Source: Obrimoposthia wandeli (Eukaryota). From it: a stretch of DNA of 64,000 nucleotides. The translations under genes were made by a program, and so were the position numbers. Location: NCBI GenBank assembly GCA_977020255.1, contig CDROCS010000506.1, forward strand, positions 1,178,001-1,242,000, read 5' to 3'. The notes beneath the pieces were generated by a model that did not search any database, had not been told where the DNA came from, and worked only from the letters and a program-made list of their open reading frames with translations. This document shows, one piece after another, positions 1-11,385 of this stretch (its first letter is position 1; each line of letters starts with the position of its first letter).

Positions 1-1467
1 GCCGCCCATTGGCACACCTTTACTATAACCAATTTTTACCGCATCACTTGCCGATACGTCCGCCGCCTTATAATCCCAACCACCAAAAAATCTGACCGTC
101 ATTCTTGGGCCTGTCGTGGCGTACGTTTCTTTTCTTTCCATCGCATCAAATAACGCTTCACGGGTATTTTCATGTGCCCAAATACCGGTATATCCAGATG
201 CAACTAAGGTATAACCTTCAATCGCGCCTAGTTTTGATTCTATAAACGGGTGATTAACACGGCCGACACTGGGTTCAACACTCGGTGATTTACCAAAGAA
301 GTTTTCTTCTTCAGCGGTAACGAGTGATGTGTGGCTATCGGTCGCACCACCGACACCAAATTTGTACGGGTTAACACCAAACTGTTTCTCGAGTAATAAG
401 CCTTGTTTAAGTGCCTCACGCGCGTATTCACCTTTTAACATTTCTGGTTTTTTAAGTTCGGAGATATCTAAATTACCGACATCCCAATTTTCATAATCAG
501 CGAACTCATCTTTTGGGGACAAGTCAGGATGTGCTTCCCCATCACCTTTTATTTGAGTAACTTCGTAATGCGGTTCCCATTTAGCACGAGCTTCGACATA
601 CGCTTTATCGACCACACCGCCGTGGTATGTTTTTTTAGTTGGAAACATCCAGCCATTAGATAAATTACCATTGTGAGCAAAAGCAAATGCTCTACCGCCA
701 GTGTCTTTTTCATAAGCCGCTAGCCATTTATATAAAGATTTAGGGTCGGTACTGCCGTAAGGCGAAAGTGTCGTCGCGGGTTGAACCTGTAGTGCTTTAT
801 CAGCATTATCTCTAAAAATAACATTACGATGAAGGTTGAATCCTTTAGGCACTGAGGTCCACTCATAACCAATAAAAGCGGTAAATAAACCCGGCTCATT
901 ATGTTTCTCGGCGGCTTCGACAATATCTTTCCATACCCCGTTAAACACTTTAGACCCGGGGCTGTAATCCTCTAAAAATGCTTTCGGTAGTGTGCCTTGG
1001 GAAAAGTTTTGAATTAAATCAAATGCTGCTTTTCCTGCTTCTTGACCGCCTTTTTGAAAAGCGGCGTTATATTCTTTGCCTTTGTCTACAGCGAGAATGT
1101 TAGGTGTACCTGATTTTATATCCGCAGCAATGCCCATTAAGTCGGTATGGTCGGTAATGACCATCCAATCAAGGGGACGAGATAATTTAACGGGTAGGCC
1201 CGTTGATGAGGTGATTTCTTCGCCTTTAGCTAAACGGTAAGCTTCATCAAGACCAACGGTATTACCAAACAAGCCTGCGTCGAGTGATAAACCAGTATGC
1301 AAATGAGAGTCACCCCAATATACATTTACAGGCATCGTTGATGAGGCATAAGGAGAGTAGCTTTGATCTGCAGGACTTTTGTTTGCACTGGAATCTGCGA
1401 TTACAATACTTGAGGCTAGCCCCATTTGAATTGCGACTGTAAGTTGTAATAACTTAATAGTTTTCAT
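1..1467 (-). CDS. DUF3604-family secreted metal-dependent hydrolase-like protein; 5' 489 codons, runs off the left edge (not in the ORF track)
   Basis: Manual translation from ATG at 1467: [24 protein letters not shown] (signal-like), [74 protein letters not shown]; frame open to base 1. Confidence 0.85.
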   Translation of the reverse strand, partial: MKTIKLLQLTVAIQMGLASSIVIADSSANKSPADQSYSPYASSTMPVNVYWGDSHLHTGLSLDAGLFGNTVGLDEAYRLAKGEEITSSTGLPVKLSRPLDWMVITDHTDLMGIAADIKSGTPNILAVDKGKEYNAAFQKGGQEAGKAAFDLIQNFSQGTLPKAFLEDYSPGSKVFNGVWKDIVEAAEKHNEPGLFTAFIGYEWTSVPKGFNLHRNVIFRDNADKALQVQPATTLSPYGSTDPKSLYKWLAAYEKDTGGRAFAFAHNGNLSNGWMFPTKKTYHGGVVDKAYVEARAKWEPHYEVTQIKGDGEAHPDLSPKDEFADYENWDVGNLDISELKKPEMLKGEYAREALKQGLLLEKQFGVNPYKFGVGGATDSHTSLVTAEEENFFGKSPSVEPSVGRVNHPFIESKLGAIEGYTLVASGYTGIWAHENTREALFDAMERKETYATTGPRMTVRFFGGWDYKAADVSASDAVKIGYSKGVPMGG

Positions 1468-1787
1468 GTAATTTCCTTACTATTTAATGTCAATTACCTA
1501 GTAATTCATTTCACGCCAAAATTTACTTTACGTTATAGACAATAAGGCCTACAACCTGATATTCATTACCTTTAATTAACGATGACGCCCTAACTAACAA
1601 GTCACTAACCAATCAGCAAACGATAAACTATAGATTAGTATTTATTTAATATTTATCTATCAATACTAAAATTATTTTATGAAATAAATGCTTGAAACCG
1701 TCCTAAACGCAATGTGGTTATGAAAGTAGTTAATATGTTAAAAATAATATCGTAGAATAAGTAATCTTATCCAAAGTTCATAATCTA

Positions 1788-2489
1788 ATGAAAATTCAAC
1801 TACAAAAAGCCACTTTAATAAAACGCTACAAACGCTTTTTAGCCGATGTCATCCTTGAAAATGGTGAAGAAGTCACAATCCATTGTGCCAATACCGGTGC
1901 AATGACTGGTTGTGGCGATGCTGGCGATACGATCTGGTATTCGACATCTGATAATCCAAAACGTAAATATTCACGCTCTTGGGAACTGACCGAAAAAGCC
2001 AATAGCGATATGATCTGTATTAATACTGCCAGAGCCAATCAACTGGCTAAAGAAGCCATTGAGTTATCGGCAATACCACAATTAATCGGCTATGAAAATC
2101 TGACTACTGAAGTTAAATACGGTAATGAGAATAGCCGCATTGATCTATTACTCGAAGACAGCAAATTAGGCAAATGCTATATCGAGGTAAAGAGTGCTAG
2201 TTTATTACAAGATGGCTGTGGTTATTTTCCAGATACTGTCAGCGTACGTGGCCAAAAACATCTACGCGAACTGATGGCTGTAAAGGAAAATGGACACCGA
2301 GCAGTATTATTATTTGTGGTACAGCACACCGGAATTACCACTTTAAAACCTGCGAAACACTTAGATAAGGACTATAGTGATCTTGTTAAGCAGGCCATTA
2401 ACCAAGGAGTAGAAGTATTCGCATACGCGAGTACAATAGAAACAGACAACATTTCACTGGTAGAACAAATTTCATTCAAATGTGATTAA
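1788..2489 (+). CDS. sfsA: DNA/RNA nuclease SfsA
   Basis: [35 protein letters not shown] motifs; upstream of dksA. Confidence 0.95.
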   Translation: MKIQLQKATLIKRYKRFLADVILENGEEVTIHCANTGAMTGCGDAGDTIWYSTSDNPKRKYSRSWELTEKANSDMICINTARANQLAKEAIELSAIPQLIGYENLTTEVKYGNENSRIDLLLEDSKLGKCYIEVKSASLLQDGCGYFPDTVSVRGQKHLRELMAVKENGHRAVLLFVVQHTGITTLKPAKHLDKDYSDLVKQAINQGVEVFAYASTIETDNISLVEQISFKCD

Positions 2490-2643
2490 GATCACAGCCA
2501 AACTAACCCAAAAGAGGGTGTGAATGAACAATTTTCCAGTTTAGTTTGCGCAGTTTGTGTGTTTCTGCTATTTATACCGCCCATAAATATTGCTAAGCAG
2601 TGCTCGGTAATATTACGGCGTAATGCGGACTAGGAGAGATAGC

Positions 2644-3087
2644 ATGCCTGAAGCGAAAAAATTACTCGGTGTTTTAGCCATCGCAGGTGTAGAAGCTTAC
2701 CAAGAACAACCTGGTGAAGAATACATGAGCGAGAAGCAACGCGATCACTTTAAAAACATTTTAAGTGCTTGGCGTAATGAACTACGTGAAGAAGTTGATC
2801 GCACAGTGGTTCACATGAAGGATGAAGCGTCAAACTTCCCAGATCCTGTGGATCGTGCAGCCCAGGAAGAAGAATTTAGCTTGGAACTTCGAGCGCGTGA
2901 TCGTGAACGTAAACTGATCAAAAAAATCGAAAAAACACTTCAATTAATTGAAAATGATGAATTCGGTTTTTGCGACACCTGTGGTATCGAAATTGGTATC
3001 CGTCGTCTAGAAGCTCGACCGACTGCAGATCAATGTATTGACTGCAAAACGCTTTCTGAAATTAAAGAAAAGCAAATGGTTGGCTAA
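2644..3087 (+). CDS. dksA: RNA polymerase-binding transcription factor DksA
   Basis: [31 protein letters not shown]...CIDC zinc finger; GGAGAG RBS before ATG 2644. Confidence 0.97.
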   Translation: MPEAKKLLGVLAIAGVEAYQEQPGEEYMSEKQRDHFKNILSAWRNELREEVDRTVVHMKDEASNFPDPVDRAAQEEEFSLELRARDRERKLIKKIEKTLQLIENDEFGFCDTCGIEIGIRRLEARPTADQCIDCKTLSEIKEKQMVG

Positions 3088-3113
3088 TCAGTTTCTACTG
3101 ACATGATTTTATT

Positions 3114-3135
3114 GAGGGCTAATTAGCCCTCTTTC
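3114..3135 (+). terminator. Hairpin/terminator after dksA
   Basis: GAGGGCTA-AT-TAGCCCTC followed by TTTCT. Confidence 0.6.
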
Positions 3136-3183
3136 TATTTCTAGCCTTTTTTATTTTACACACTCGATTTAAGAACCCCATTT

Positions 3184-4062
3184 ATGTCCAATAGCTATGT
3201 AGGACGCTTTGCGCCCTCACCTTCAGGACCATTACATTTTGGCTCCCTGATCGCTGCTGTTGGCAGCTACTTACAAGCAAAAGCCAACCAAGGTACTTGG
3301 TTAGTGCGAATGGAAGATCTTGACCCTCCACGCGAAGTTGCCGGTGCTGCAGCGAATATCTTAACGACACTTGACGCCTTTGGTTTACATTGGGATCGTG
3401 ACGTTATTTATCAAAGCCAGCGCAGTAGTGCCTACCAAGATGCCATTGCCCAGCTTAGCCAGCAAGATTTAACCTATTACTGCCATTGCACGCGTAAGCA
3501 GATCCAAACGCAGGGTGCTTTTTATCAAGGCCAGTGTAAACATAAACAGCTTGCTGCTGATAATGCTTCGTTACGCGTAACAACAACCACGCCAGTGAAT
3601 GATTTTATTGACGAACTGCACGGTAGAATCGCGATTAACCAAGAACTTGCGGCTGAAGATTTTATTATTCATCGTAAAGATGGTCTATTTGCTTACAATC
3701 TTGCGGTCGTGGTTGATGATATTTACCAAGGCATCACCGAAGTTGTACGTGGCGCGGATTTAATTGACCCCACAGGTCGTCAGTTGTATCTGTTTGAACA
3801 ATTTGCGCAACCGGCACCGTCCTATTTACATTTACCTTTGGTCAGTAATGCCGATGGTTCTAAATTGAGTAAGCAAAATCACGCGCCCGGTTTAGACAGC
3901 AGTCAGGCTAAAACGACGTTAATTGCTGCGTTTAGATTTTTAGCATTGCCTGTTTGCCATGAGCTTGAAGATCTTTCTATCCCTCAGCTATTAAAATGGG
4001 GCACAGAACATTGGTCCGTCAAAAACCTACCCAGACAGAAATCAATCGTATTAAGCCTATAA
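3184..4062 (+). CDS. gluQ: Glutamyl-Q tRNA(Asp) synthetase
   Basis: GRFAPSPSGPLHFGS, CHC/C zinc site, KLSKQN; canonical position after dksA. Confidence 0.95.
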   Translation: MSNSYVGRFAPSPSGPLHFGSLIAAVGSYLQAKANQGTWLVRMEDLDPPREVAGAAANILTTLDAFGLHWDRDVIYQSQRSSAYQDAIAQLSQQDLTYYCHCTRKQIQTQGAFYQGQCKHKQLAADNASLRVTTTTPVNDFIDELHGRIAINQELAAEDFIIHRKDGLFAYNLAVVVDDIYQGITEVVRGADLIDPTGRQLYLFEQFAQPAPSYLHLPLVSNADGSKLSKQNHAPGLDSSQAKTTLIAAFRFLALPVCHELEDLSIPQLLKWGTEHWSVKNLPRQKSIVLSL

Positions 4063-4173
4063 GGCAAGATTAATACTAAATTTCTTCAACAATCTTTGTC
4101 ATTTTACCAGTGCAGCGCTATGATAGGCGGCACAAAAAATTCAACCTATTTTAATATTAATTCGAGGTGTACC

Positions 4174-5739
4174 ATTTTCACTCAAATCACTAAATTCTGT
4201 AAAAATATACTGAGCAGAAAGCAGATAGATCAAACGCCAGATGCGCAAGATACAGCTTCTGCAGCAGCGCCAAAGGCGCGCAACGATCGTGATACACAGA
4301 GTAAAGACGCACCTGAAGAGACTCGCTCTACTAACGCTATTGCGCCTGTACCTGCGTCAGTTGTACAACCAGATGCACAGAATCTAGGATTAAATGAGCT
4401 GAAGTTGGAAAAGGGTCAACACCCGGTAAGCCATAATTTAATTAGTGAAAACGCCCTGAAAGTACTCTATCGTTTACACAAATCAGGTTACCAAGCTTAT
4501 CTTGTCGGTGGTGGTGTACGTGATATCTTTATTGGTCAAGAACCAAAAGATTTCGATATTGCGACCAATGCAGAACCAGAACAAATCAAAAAATTATTCC
4601 ATAACTGCCGCTTAGTTGGCCGCCGTTTCCGTCTTGCTCACATCCTATTTGGCCGTGACATGATTGAAGTAGCAACCTTCCGTGGTCATCACGTAGAAGA
4701 AGAAAACCAACAAACATCAAAGCAATCTGATGGCGGCATGTTATTACGCGATAACGTCTACGGCACTATCAGTGAAGATGCTGAACGTCGTGACTTTACC
4801 GTGAATGCGCTTTATTACAACATTGCTGACCGTGCGGTTTATGACTACGCTGGCGGCCTTGCTGATTTACAAAGCAAACAACTGCGTTTAATTGGCGATC
4901 CAGAAACGCGTTACCGTGAAGATCCTGTACGTATGTTACGTGCAGTACGTTTTGCGGCTAAATTAGACATGCAAATTAGCCCTGAAGCTGCCGCGCCAAT
5001 CAAGCAGCTAGCAAGCTTGTTACAAAGCATCCCATCAGCACGTTTGTTTGAAGAAACGTTGAAACTGTTTTTAAACGGCAAAGGCTTAGCAACATACAAA
5101 TTAATGAAAGAATACGGTTTATTCCAACCATTATTCCCATTAGTAAGCAAATACCTGAATGAAGACGGTTCAAGTAACGGCGATAAATTCATTGAGATTG
5201 CACTAGAAAATACGGACAACCGTATTAATGCGGGCAAGCGTGTAACACCAGCTTATTTATATGCTGCGATGTTATGGTATCCACTCGAAGCGTTAGCTGA
5301 AGAACGTGTGATTGACAGTGGTCTTAGCTACAATGATGCCTTGTTATTAGCGATGAATGACGCGCTAGACTCACAAACCAAGAGCATTGCTATTCCACGT
5401 CGCTTTACCTCAACAATCCGTGATATCTGGCATTTACAAGGCCGCTTACCACGTCGCCAAGGTAAACGCGCAGAAAAAGCGTTTGAGCACTTAAAATTCC
5501 GTGCTGGTTTTGACTTTTTAGAAATGCGCGCCGATATCCAAGGTGGCGATTTAGTTGAAGTAACGCAATGGTGGTCTGATTATCAAAGTGCGAATGCCAC
5601 TGGCCGCCTTAACTTAATTAAAGAATTAAATGCACCTGCAGTTAAAAAAACACGCCCTCGCCGCGTGAAAAAGAAAAAGCCAGCAGGCGAAACGATTGAG
5701 CAAAATAACGATCAAAGTAACGACCAAAGCAATGATTAA
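4174..5739 (+). CDS. pcnB: Poly(A) polymerase I, probable ATT start
   Basis: AYLVGGGVRD, PKDFDIAT, GRRFRLAH, RRDFTVNALYY, EDPVRMLRAVRF; GAGGTG RBS then ATT TTC ACT at 4174, like E. coli pcnB. Confidence 0.95.
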   Translation: MFTQITKFCKNILSRKQIDQTPDAQDTASAAAPKARNDRDTQSKDAPEETRSTNAIAPVPASVVQPDAQNLGLNELKLEKGQHPVSHNLISENALKVLYRLHKSGYQAYLVGGGVRDIFIGQEPKDFDIATNAEPEQIKKLFHNCRLVGRRFRLAHILFGRDMIEVATFRGHHVEEENQQTSKQSDGGMLLRDNVYGTISEDAERRDFTVNALYYNIADRAVYDYAGGLADLQSKQLRLIGDPETRYREDPVRMLRAVRFAAKLDMQISPEAAAPIKQLASLLQSIPSARLFEETLKLFLNGKGLATYKLMKEYGLFQPLFPLVSKYLNEDGSSNGDKFIEIALENTDNRINAGKRVTPAYLYAAMLWYPLEALAEERVIDSGLSYNDALLLAMNDALDSQTKSIAIPRRFTSTIRDIWHLQGRLPRRQGKRAEKAFEHLKFRAGFDFLEMRADIQGGDLVEVTQWWSDYQSANATGRLNLIKELNAPAVKKTRPRRVKKKKPAGETIEQNNDQSNDQSND

Positions 5740-6256
5740 TAGCGGCGACCAGAATAGCAATCAGGGTTATACCCGTTGCTATGTGGCGATCGGCAGTAAC
5801 CTTGCCGATCCCGTCACACAAGCGCAAGAAGCGATTGTTACTTTACAAACATTAGCTTTAAGCCGTTTGGTTTCGGTATCCTCGCTTTACGCAAGTAAAC
5901 CTATGGGTCCGCAAGAACAGCCTGACTATATTAATGCTGTAGTTTGTATTGATACACGTTTAGCACCCATTGAATTATTGGATGCACTACAGCATATTGA
6001 AAATGAACAAGGCCGTGTACGTAAAGAGCATTGGGGGGCAAGAACCCTTGATTTAGATATCTTACTATACGGTAATGAAATTATGAGTACACCACGCTTA
6101 ACCGTGCCACATTACGGCATGAAAGAGCGTGAATTCGTACTTTATCCCTTAGCTGAAATAGCGCCACAGTTACAACTACCTTGTGGCCAAGCATTGTCCG
6201 TATTACTTGAGGACTGTCCTCGTAACGGCTTAGCTATTTATCAAAACATAGAGTAA
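5732..6256 (+). CDS. folK: 2-amino-4-hydroxy-6-hydroxymethyldihydropteridine diphosphokinase
   Basis: VAIGSNL, QPDYINAV, WGARTLDLDILLY, PH..MKEREFVL; ATG overlaps the pcnB stop region (start uncertain). Confidence 0.93.
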   Translation: MINSGDQNSNQGYTRCYVAIGSNLADPVTQAQEAIVTLQTLALSRLVSVSSLYASKPMGPQEQPDYINAVVCIDTRLAPIELLDALQHIENEQGRVRKEHWGARTLDLDILLYGNEIMSTPRLTVPHYGMKEREFVLYPLAEIAPQLQLPCGQALSVLLEDCPRNGLAIYQNIE

Positions 6257-6274
6257 TGTGAAGAAGGATTTCCA

Positions 6275-7069
6275 ATGAGTAAAGTTACCGTATCTAAACT
6301 GCTTAAAATGAAAGAAGCAGGTCAGAAGTTTGCCAGTATTACTGCTTATGATGCCAGTTTTTCCGCATTGTTTGACGAAGTTGGGATGCCAGTATTATTA
6401 GTTGGTGATTCGATGGGCATGGTATTACAAGGCCACAATGATACGCTACCTGTTACTGTTACAGATATTGCTTATCATACCCGCTGTGTACGTGCTGGTG
6501 CCACCAAAGCACTGGTTATCGCTGATATGCCTTTCATGAGCTATGCCACTAAAGAACAGACCTTAACCAATGCGACAACGCTAATGCAAGCGGGCGCCAA
6601 TATGGTTAAAGTCGAAGGCGGTGAATGGTTAGTTGATAGCGTTTCAGCATTGACTGAACGTGGTATTCCAGTATGTGGTCATCTTGGCTTAACACCGCAA
6701 TCAGTACATGTATTTGGTGGTTTTAAAGTACAAGGGCGTGCGCAAGATAAAGCCGATGAAATGGTTGAGCACGCACTGTCATTACAAGCCGCTGGCATCC
6801 AACTGTTAGTAGTAGAGTGTATCCCTGCGCCACTAGCAAAACGTATTACTGAAGCCTTAACTATCCCTGTCATTGGTATTGGCGCTGGTCGTGATACCGA
6901 TGGTCAAATCTTAGTGATGCATGATGCATTCGGTATATCGAAAGGTTTTGTGCCTACATTCTCGAAAAACTTCTTAGCCGAAACCGGTGATATGCGTAAA
7001 GCTGTTAGCGCTTATATCGATGAAGTTGCTGCGCAGACTTTCCCTGCCGATGAGCACATGTTTTCATAA
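6275..7069 (+). CDS. panB: 3-methyl-2-oxobutanoate hydroxymethyltransferase
   Basis: [34 protein letters not shown]. Confidence 0.97.
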   Translation: MSKVTVSKLLKMKEAGQKFASITAYDASFSALFDEVGMPVLLVGDSMGMVLQGHNDTLPVTVTDIAYHTRCVRAGATKALVIADMPFMSYATKEQTLTNATTLMQAGANMVKVEGGEWLVDSVSALTERGIPVCGHLGLTPQSVHVFGGFKVQGRAQDKADEMVEHALSLQAAGIQLLVVECIPAPLAKRITEALTIPVIGIGAGRDTDGQILVMHDAFGISKGFVPTFSKNFLAETGDMRKAVSAYIDEVAAQTFPADEHMFS

Positions 7070-7216
7070 ATAATGTTTTCATAAATTACGCTTCGCATAA
7101 GTACACGTGTTCTCACCGTTCACATGTCCGCATAAAAGAACGTGGGGTCGATAAGCAAATAATTTAAATTTGCACGCCCCTCTTTCACCATCCCTCATTT
7201 ATTAGGTAATTCATAT

Positions 7217-8068
7217 ATGGATATTATTGCAAATATTGATGTGCTGCGAGAGCAAGTTATCGCTTGGCGTCGTCAAGGTCTATCTACTGCATTCGTACCG
7301 ACTATGGGTAATTTGCATGATGGTCATTTGACCTTGGTAAAAGAAGCGCAAAAATTCGCAGACCGTGTCGTAGTCAGCATTTTTGTTAATCCGATGCAAT
7401 TTAACCAAGCTGCCGATTTAGCCGCTTACCCACGCACACTCGATGCAGATTGCCGCGCATTGCAAAGTGTTGATACTGATTTGGTATTCACACCTGCTCC
7501 AGAATTAATTTATCCACACGGTTTAGCCGCGCAAACGTTTATTCAAGTACCGGTTATTTCTGAAGTACTCGAAGGTGCACATCGTCCTGGTCACTTTAAT
7601 GGTGTATCAACTATCGTGGCGAAGTTGTTTAATTTAGTACAACCTGACGTGGCATTATTTGGTGAAAAAGATTTTCAGCAACTTGCCTTAATTCGTCACA
7701 TGGTCGCTGATTTAGCCATGCCGATTCAGATTGTTGGCGTACCGACCGTACGCGAAGAATCAGGTTTAGCAATGAGTTCTCGTAATGGTTTATTAACGGC
7801 TGAAGAGCGTACTGTCGCGCCACTATTAGCAGAAGTGATGACTACCATTGCTAGCCAAGTATCAGTGGATGAGCAAGCCAATCAAGCCTTAATCACACAG
7901 GCAACAACACAACTTAATGCTGCTGGTTTCAATACTGATGCAATTGATATTGTTGATGCTGATACCTTAGCTATGCTCACCAAAGACAGTGCACAAGCCG
8001 TGGTATTGATGGCTGCATTCTTAGGTAAAGCGCGTTTAATCGATAATAAAGTTGTTAAACTACGCTAA
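7217..8068 (+). CDS. panC: Pantoate--beta-alanine ligase
   Basis: [40 protein letters not shown]. Confidence 0.97.
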   Translation: MDIIANIDVLREQVIAWRRQGLSTAFVPTMGNLHDGHLTLVKEAQKFADRVVVSIFVNPMQFNQAADLAAYPRTLDADCRALQSVDTDLVFTPAPELIYPHGLAAQTFIQVPVISEVLEGAHRPGHFNGVSTIVAKLFNLVQPDVALFGEKDFQQLALIRHMVADLAMPIQIVGVPTVREESGLAMSSRNGLLTAEERTVAPLLAEVMTTIASQVSVDEQANQALITQATTQLNAAGFNTDAIDIVDADTLAMLTKDSAQAVVLMAAFLGKARLIDNKVVKLR

Positions 8069-8265
8069 CGATTAGCGTAGTTTAACTGGTCATTAAGGTA
8101 AATTAGTCTAACAAATAGTACAAATTTAGCTTACCGCTAGTACAATTGCGCTAATTAAACAAATACGCTACTATGGACGCCGGTACATAATGTGTACGGT
8201 ATGTCGTCGGTAAATAATACGTACGGTATATAGTCATAAACTTTAATGGAATGGGTTTTAGAACA

Positions 8266-8646
8266 ATGCAAACCACAATGCTAAAAGGTAAGTTACACCA
8301 AGCGCGTGTAACACATGCCGAATTAAACTATGAAGGTTCATGTGCCATCGATCAAGATATGCTTGATGCATCAGGGATCCTAGAATATGAAGCAATCGAT
8401 ATCTACAACATTGATAATGGTGAGCGCTTTTCAACTTACGCAATCGCTGGCGAACGCGGTTCAAAAATCATTTCTGTGAACGGTGCTGCAGCACGTAAAG
8501 CAGCAGTAGGCGATCGCATCATTATCTGTGCTTACGTACGTATGGACAATGAAGCGGCGAAACGACACAAGCCTGATCTAGTTTATCTTGATCAAGGTAA
8601 TGACATCGTGCGCACAAGTAACGATATTCCAGTACAGGTTGCTTAA
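8266..8646 (+). CDS. panD: Aspartate 1-decarboxylase
   Basis: [21 protein letters not shown] (G-S autocleavage site), NGAAAR. Confidence 0.97.
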   Translation: MQTTMLKGKLHQARVTHAELNYEGSCAIDQDMLDASGILEYEAIDIYNIDNGERFSTYAIAGERGSKIISVNGAAARKAAVGDRIIICAYVRMDNEAAKRHKPDLVYLDQGNDIVRTSNDIPVQVA

Positions 8647-8670
8647 TTAGCGAATCGATACGGAATAATG

Positions 8671-8696
8671 AAAAACCAGCTGATGCTGGTTTTTTT
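8671..8696 (+). terminator. Intrinsic terminator after panD
   Basis: AAAAACCAGC-TGAT-GCTGGTTTTTTT. Confidence 0.85.
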
Positions 8697-8830
8697 ATGC
8701 CTGCAATTCAACGGACTCCTCGACTCATACCAATTCCTATAAACCACGATGCAGGAAAATATTATTTAGAGCACTTAATTATCGGCATCAACATCTTTCA
8801 GTTTCAGGTCACAGCTAAATATCAGGCAAT

Positions 8831-8859
8831 AAAAAAGAGCACCGCAGCGCTCTTTTTTT
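8831..8859 (-). terminator. Intrinsic terminator after tkt (bidirectional type)
   Basis: AAAAAAGAGC-ACCGCAGC-GCTCTTTTTTT. Confidence 0.7.
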
Positions 8860-8923
8860 ATATCAACATGTATCACTAAACATAATTAAATCAGGCATAA
8901 CAAGTATTATGCCGATGTCATTA

Positions 8924-10912
8924 TTATAGTGATTCAGCCGTTGCAATTACGTTAGCAACAGTGAAACCGAACATTTCAAACAGTTGCTCAGCAGGTGCTG
9001 ATTCGCCGAATGTAGTCATGCCGATGATAGCACCGTTAAAGCCAGTGTATTTGTGCCAGAAGTCAGCAATACCCGCTTCAACCGCAACACGTTTAACAAC
9101 GTCTGACGGTAAAACTGATTCGCGGTATGCAGCGTCTTGCTTGTCAAATACGTCTGTAGCAGGCATAGATACAACACGAACCTTACGGCCTTTCGCTGTA
9201 AGCTCTGCAGCCGCTTTAGTACAAAGTTCAACTTCAGAACCTGTAGAGATAAGGATTAGCTCTGGTTTACCATCACAATCAACTAGCGTGTAACCACCTT
9301 TAGCAACGTTTGCTAATTGTGCTTCGTCACGCGGCATAGGTGCTAGACCTTGGCGGCTGAAGATTAGTGCAGTAGGACCATCTTTACGTTCAATTGCGTG
9401 TTTCCAAGCAACTGCTGATTCAACAGAATCACATGGACGCCATGCGCTCATGTTAGGCGTCATACGTAAGCTAGCAATTTGTTCTACAGGTTGGTGAGTT
9501 GGACCATCTTCACCTAGACCGATTGAATCATGTGTATAAACTTGGATGTTTTGCACTTTCATCAATGCAGCCATACGCATTGCGTTACGCGCATATTCCA
9601 TGAACATCAGGAATGTAGCACCGTAAGCTGTGAAGCCACCGTGTAGAGACATACCGTTGATGATTGCAGTCATACCGAACTCACGTACACCGTAGTGTAA
9701 GTAGTTACCAGATGCGTCATCAGCAGTGATTGCTTTAGTACCAGACCACATAGTTAAGTTAGATGGTGCTAAATCAGCAGAACCACCTAGTAGCTCAGGT
9801 AACATTGCACCGAACTCTTCGATACAGTTTTGTGATGCTTTACGTGTTGCTACTTTAGCTGAATCAGCTTGTAGCTGTTTGATGTAGCTAGACGTTTTAG
9901 CTTCCCAATCAGCTGGTAATTGACCAGAAGTACGACGAACGTATTCTGCAGCTAGTTCAGGGTATGCAGCTTCATATGCAGCAAATTTTTCATTCCATGC
10001 AGCTTCCGCTTGTGCGCCAGCTTCATTAGCATCCCATTCAGAATAGATATCTGCAGGGATTTCGAATGCAGGGTGTTTCCAACCTAATTTTTCACGTGTA
10101 GCAATGATTTCTGCGTCACCTAGAGGAGCACCATGACAGTCATGCGTACCTTCTTTGTTTGGTGAACCAAAACCAATTACTGTTTTACAACAGATAAGGC
10201 TTGGACGTGATGTTTCTGCTTTAGATGCATCAATTGCCGCTTGGATTTCTGCAGGGTTGTGACCGTCTACAGAAACAACATGCCAACCGTAAGCTTCAAA
10301 ACGTTTCACAGTATCGTCTGTGAACCAGCCGTCTACTTCGCCGTCAATTGAAATACCGTTGTCATCCCAGAATGCAACAAGCTTGCCTAGGCCTAATGTG
10401 CCAGCAAGTGAACATGCTTCATGTGAGATACCTTCCATTAGGCAACCATCACCTAGGAAAGAATAAGTGAAGTGATCAACAACGTCATGTTCTGGTTTGT
10501 TGAACTGTGCTGCTAATGTTTTTTCAGCAATCGCCATACCTACAGCATTTGTGATGCCTTGACCTAGTGGGCCAGTTGTAGTTTCGATACCTGGTGCATA
10601 ACCGTATTCTGGGTGACCTGGTGTTTTTGAATGTAGTTGACGGAAGTTTTTCAATTCTTCAATTGGTAATGCGTAACCTGTTAGGTGTAGCAGTGAGTAA
10701 ATAAGCATTGAGCCATGGCCGTTTGAAAGAATAAAGCGGTCACGGTCAACCCAGTTTGGATTTGCTGGGTTATGGTTTAGGTTTTTACGCCATAATACTT
10801 CGGCAATATCTGCCATGCCCATAGGTGCGCCTGGATGGCCTGAATTTGCTTGTTGAACTGCGTCCATACTTAGGGCACGAATTGCGTTCGCTAGCTCTTG
10901 ACGAGTTGGCAT
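8924..10912 (-). CDS. tkt: Transketolase
   Basis: [27 protein letters not shown] motif, [19 protein letters not shown]. Confidence 0.98.
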   Translation of the reverse strand: MPTRQELANAIRALSMDAVQQANSGHPGAPMGMADIAEVLWRKNLNHNPANPNWVDRDRFILSNGHGSMLIYSLLHLTGYALPIEELKNFRQLHSKTPGHPEYGYAPGIETTTGPLGQGITNAVGMAIAEKTLAAQFNKPEHDVVDHFTYSFLGDGCLMEGISHEACSLAGTLGLGKLVAFWDDNGISIDGEVDGWFTDDTVKRFEAYGWHVVSVDGHNPAEIQAAIDASKAETSRPSLICCKTVIGFGSPNKEGTHDCHGAPLGDAEIIATREKLGWKHPAFEIPADIYSEWDANEAGAQAEAAWNEKFAAYEAAYPELAAEYVRRTSGQLPADWEAKTSSYIKQLQADSAKVATRKASQNCIEEFGAMLPELLGGSADLAPSNLTMWSGTKAITADDASGNYLHYGVREFGMTAIINGMSLHGGFTAYGATFLMFMEYARNAMRMAALMKVQNIQVYTHDSIGLGEDGPTHQPVEQIASLRMTPNMSAWRPCDSVESAVAWKHAIERKDGPTALIFSRQGLAPMPRDEAQLANVAKGGYTLVDCDGKPELILISTGSEVELCTKAAAELTAKGRKVRVVSMPATDVFDKQDAAYRESVLPSDVVKRVAVEAGIADFWHKYTGFNGAIIGMTTFGESAPAEQLFEMFGFTVANVIATAESL

Positions 10913-11385
10913 ATTTTGCTCCTGCTGAGAATAATTTAAAATACTTTTAAGCTGTTATATTGTCATAAAATTATCTTATGTATAACAAGTTTTTTTAGTT
11001 TATTTATATTTATCGATTTTTAACTTCGCAATTACGCTTTAACATTCTAAGCTAACCACAAGTGGTTTCGAATGAAAGCATTTTAGCACTCAAACGAATT
11101 TCAATGTGCACTTTTATTCGTAATTATGTGAGCCTCACACATAAAATATATTTTTTAATCGCCATTATTTTTTATAATGCCTATCTAAAAAGAAATACTA
11201 TCTAAGCTGTTTATTCGCTATACTGCTTTGGCATTGATCCTCCACAACGATTTAAATAATAGCCATTACACAACGATAATAAATAACGCGATAATACCGC
11301 TATATTACCTTGCGCTAACGCCTAGTTTTTACAACTCGATACGAGCTATTTGCATTCTTATCACTCGAACAGGTGGCACAAGAAA

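Noticed and set aside
300-345. Apparent stop in the DUF3604 frame
   Set aside because: Re-reading gives ...[15 protein letters not shown]; the frame is open to base 1.
4096-4173. Longest-ORF N-terminal extensions (also dksA, folK, metK, yqgE, ubiV, MltA-like)
   Set aside because: RBS position and family N-termini favour downstream starts.
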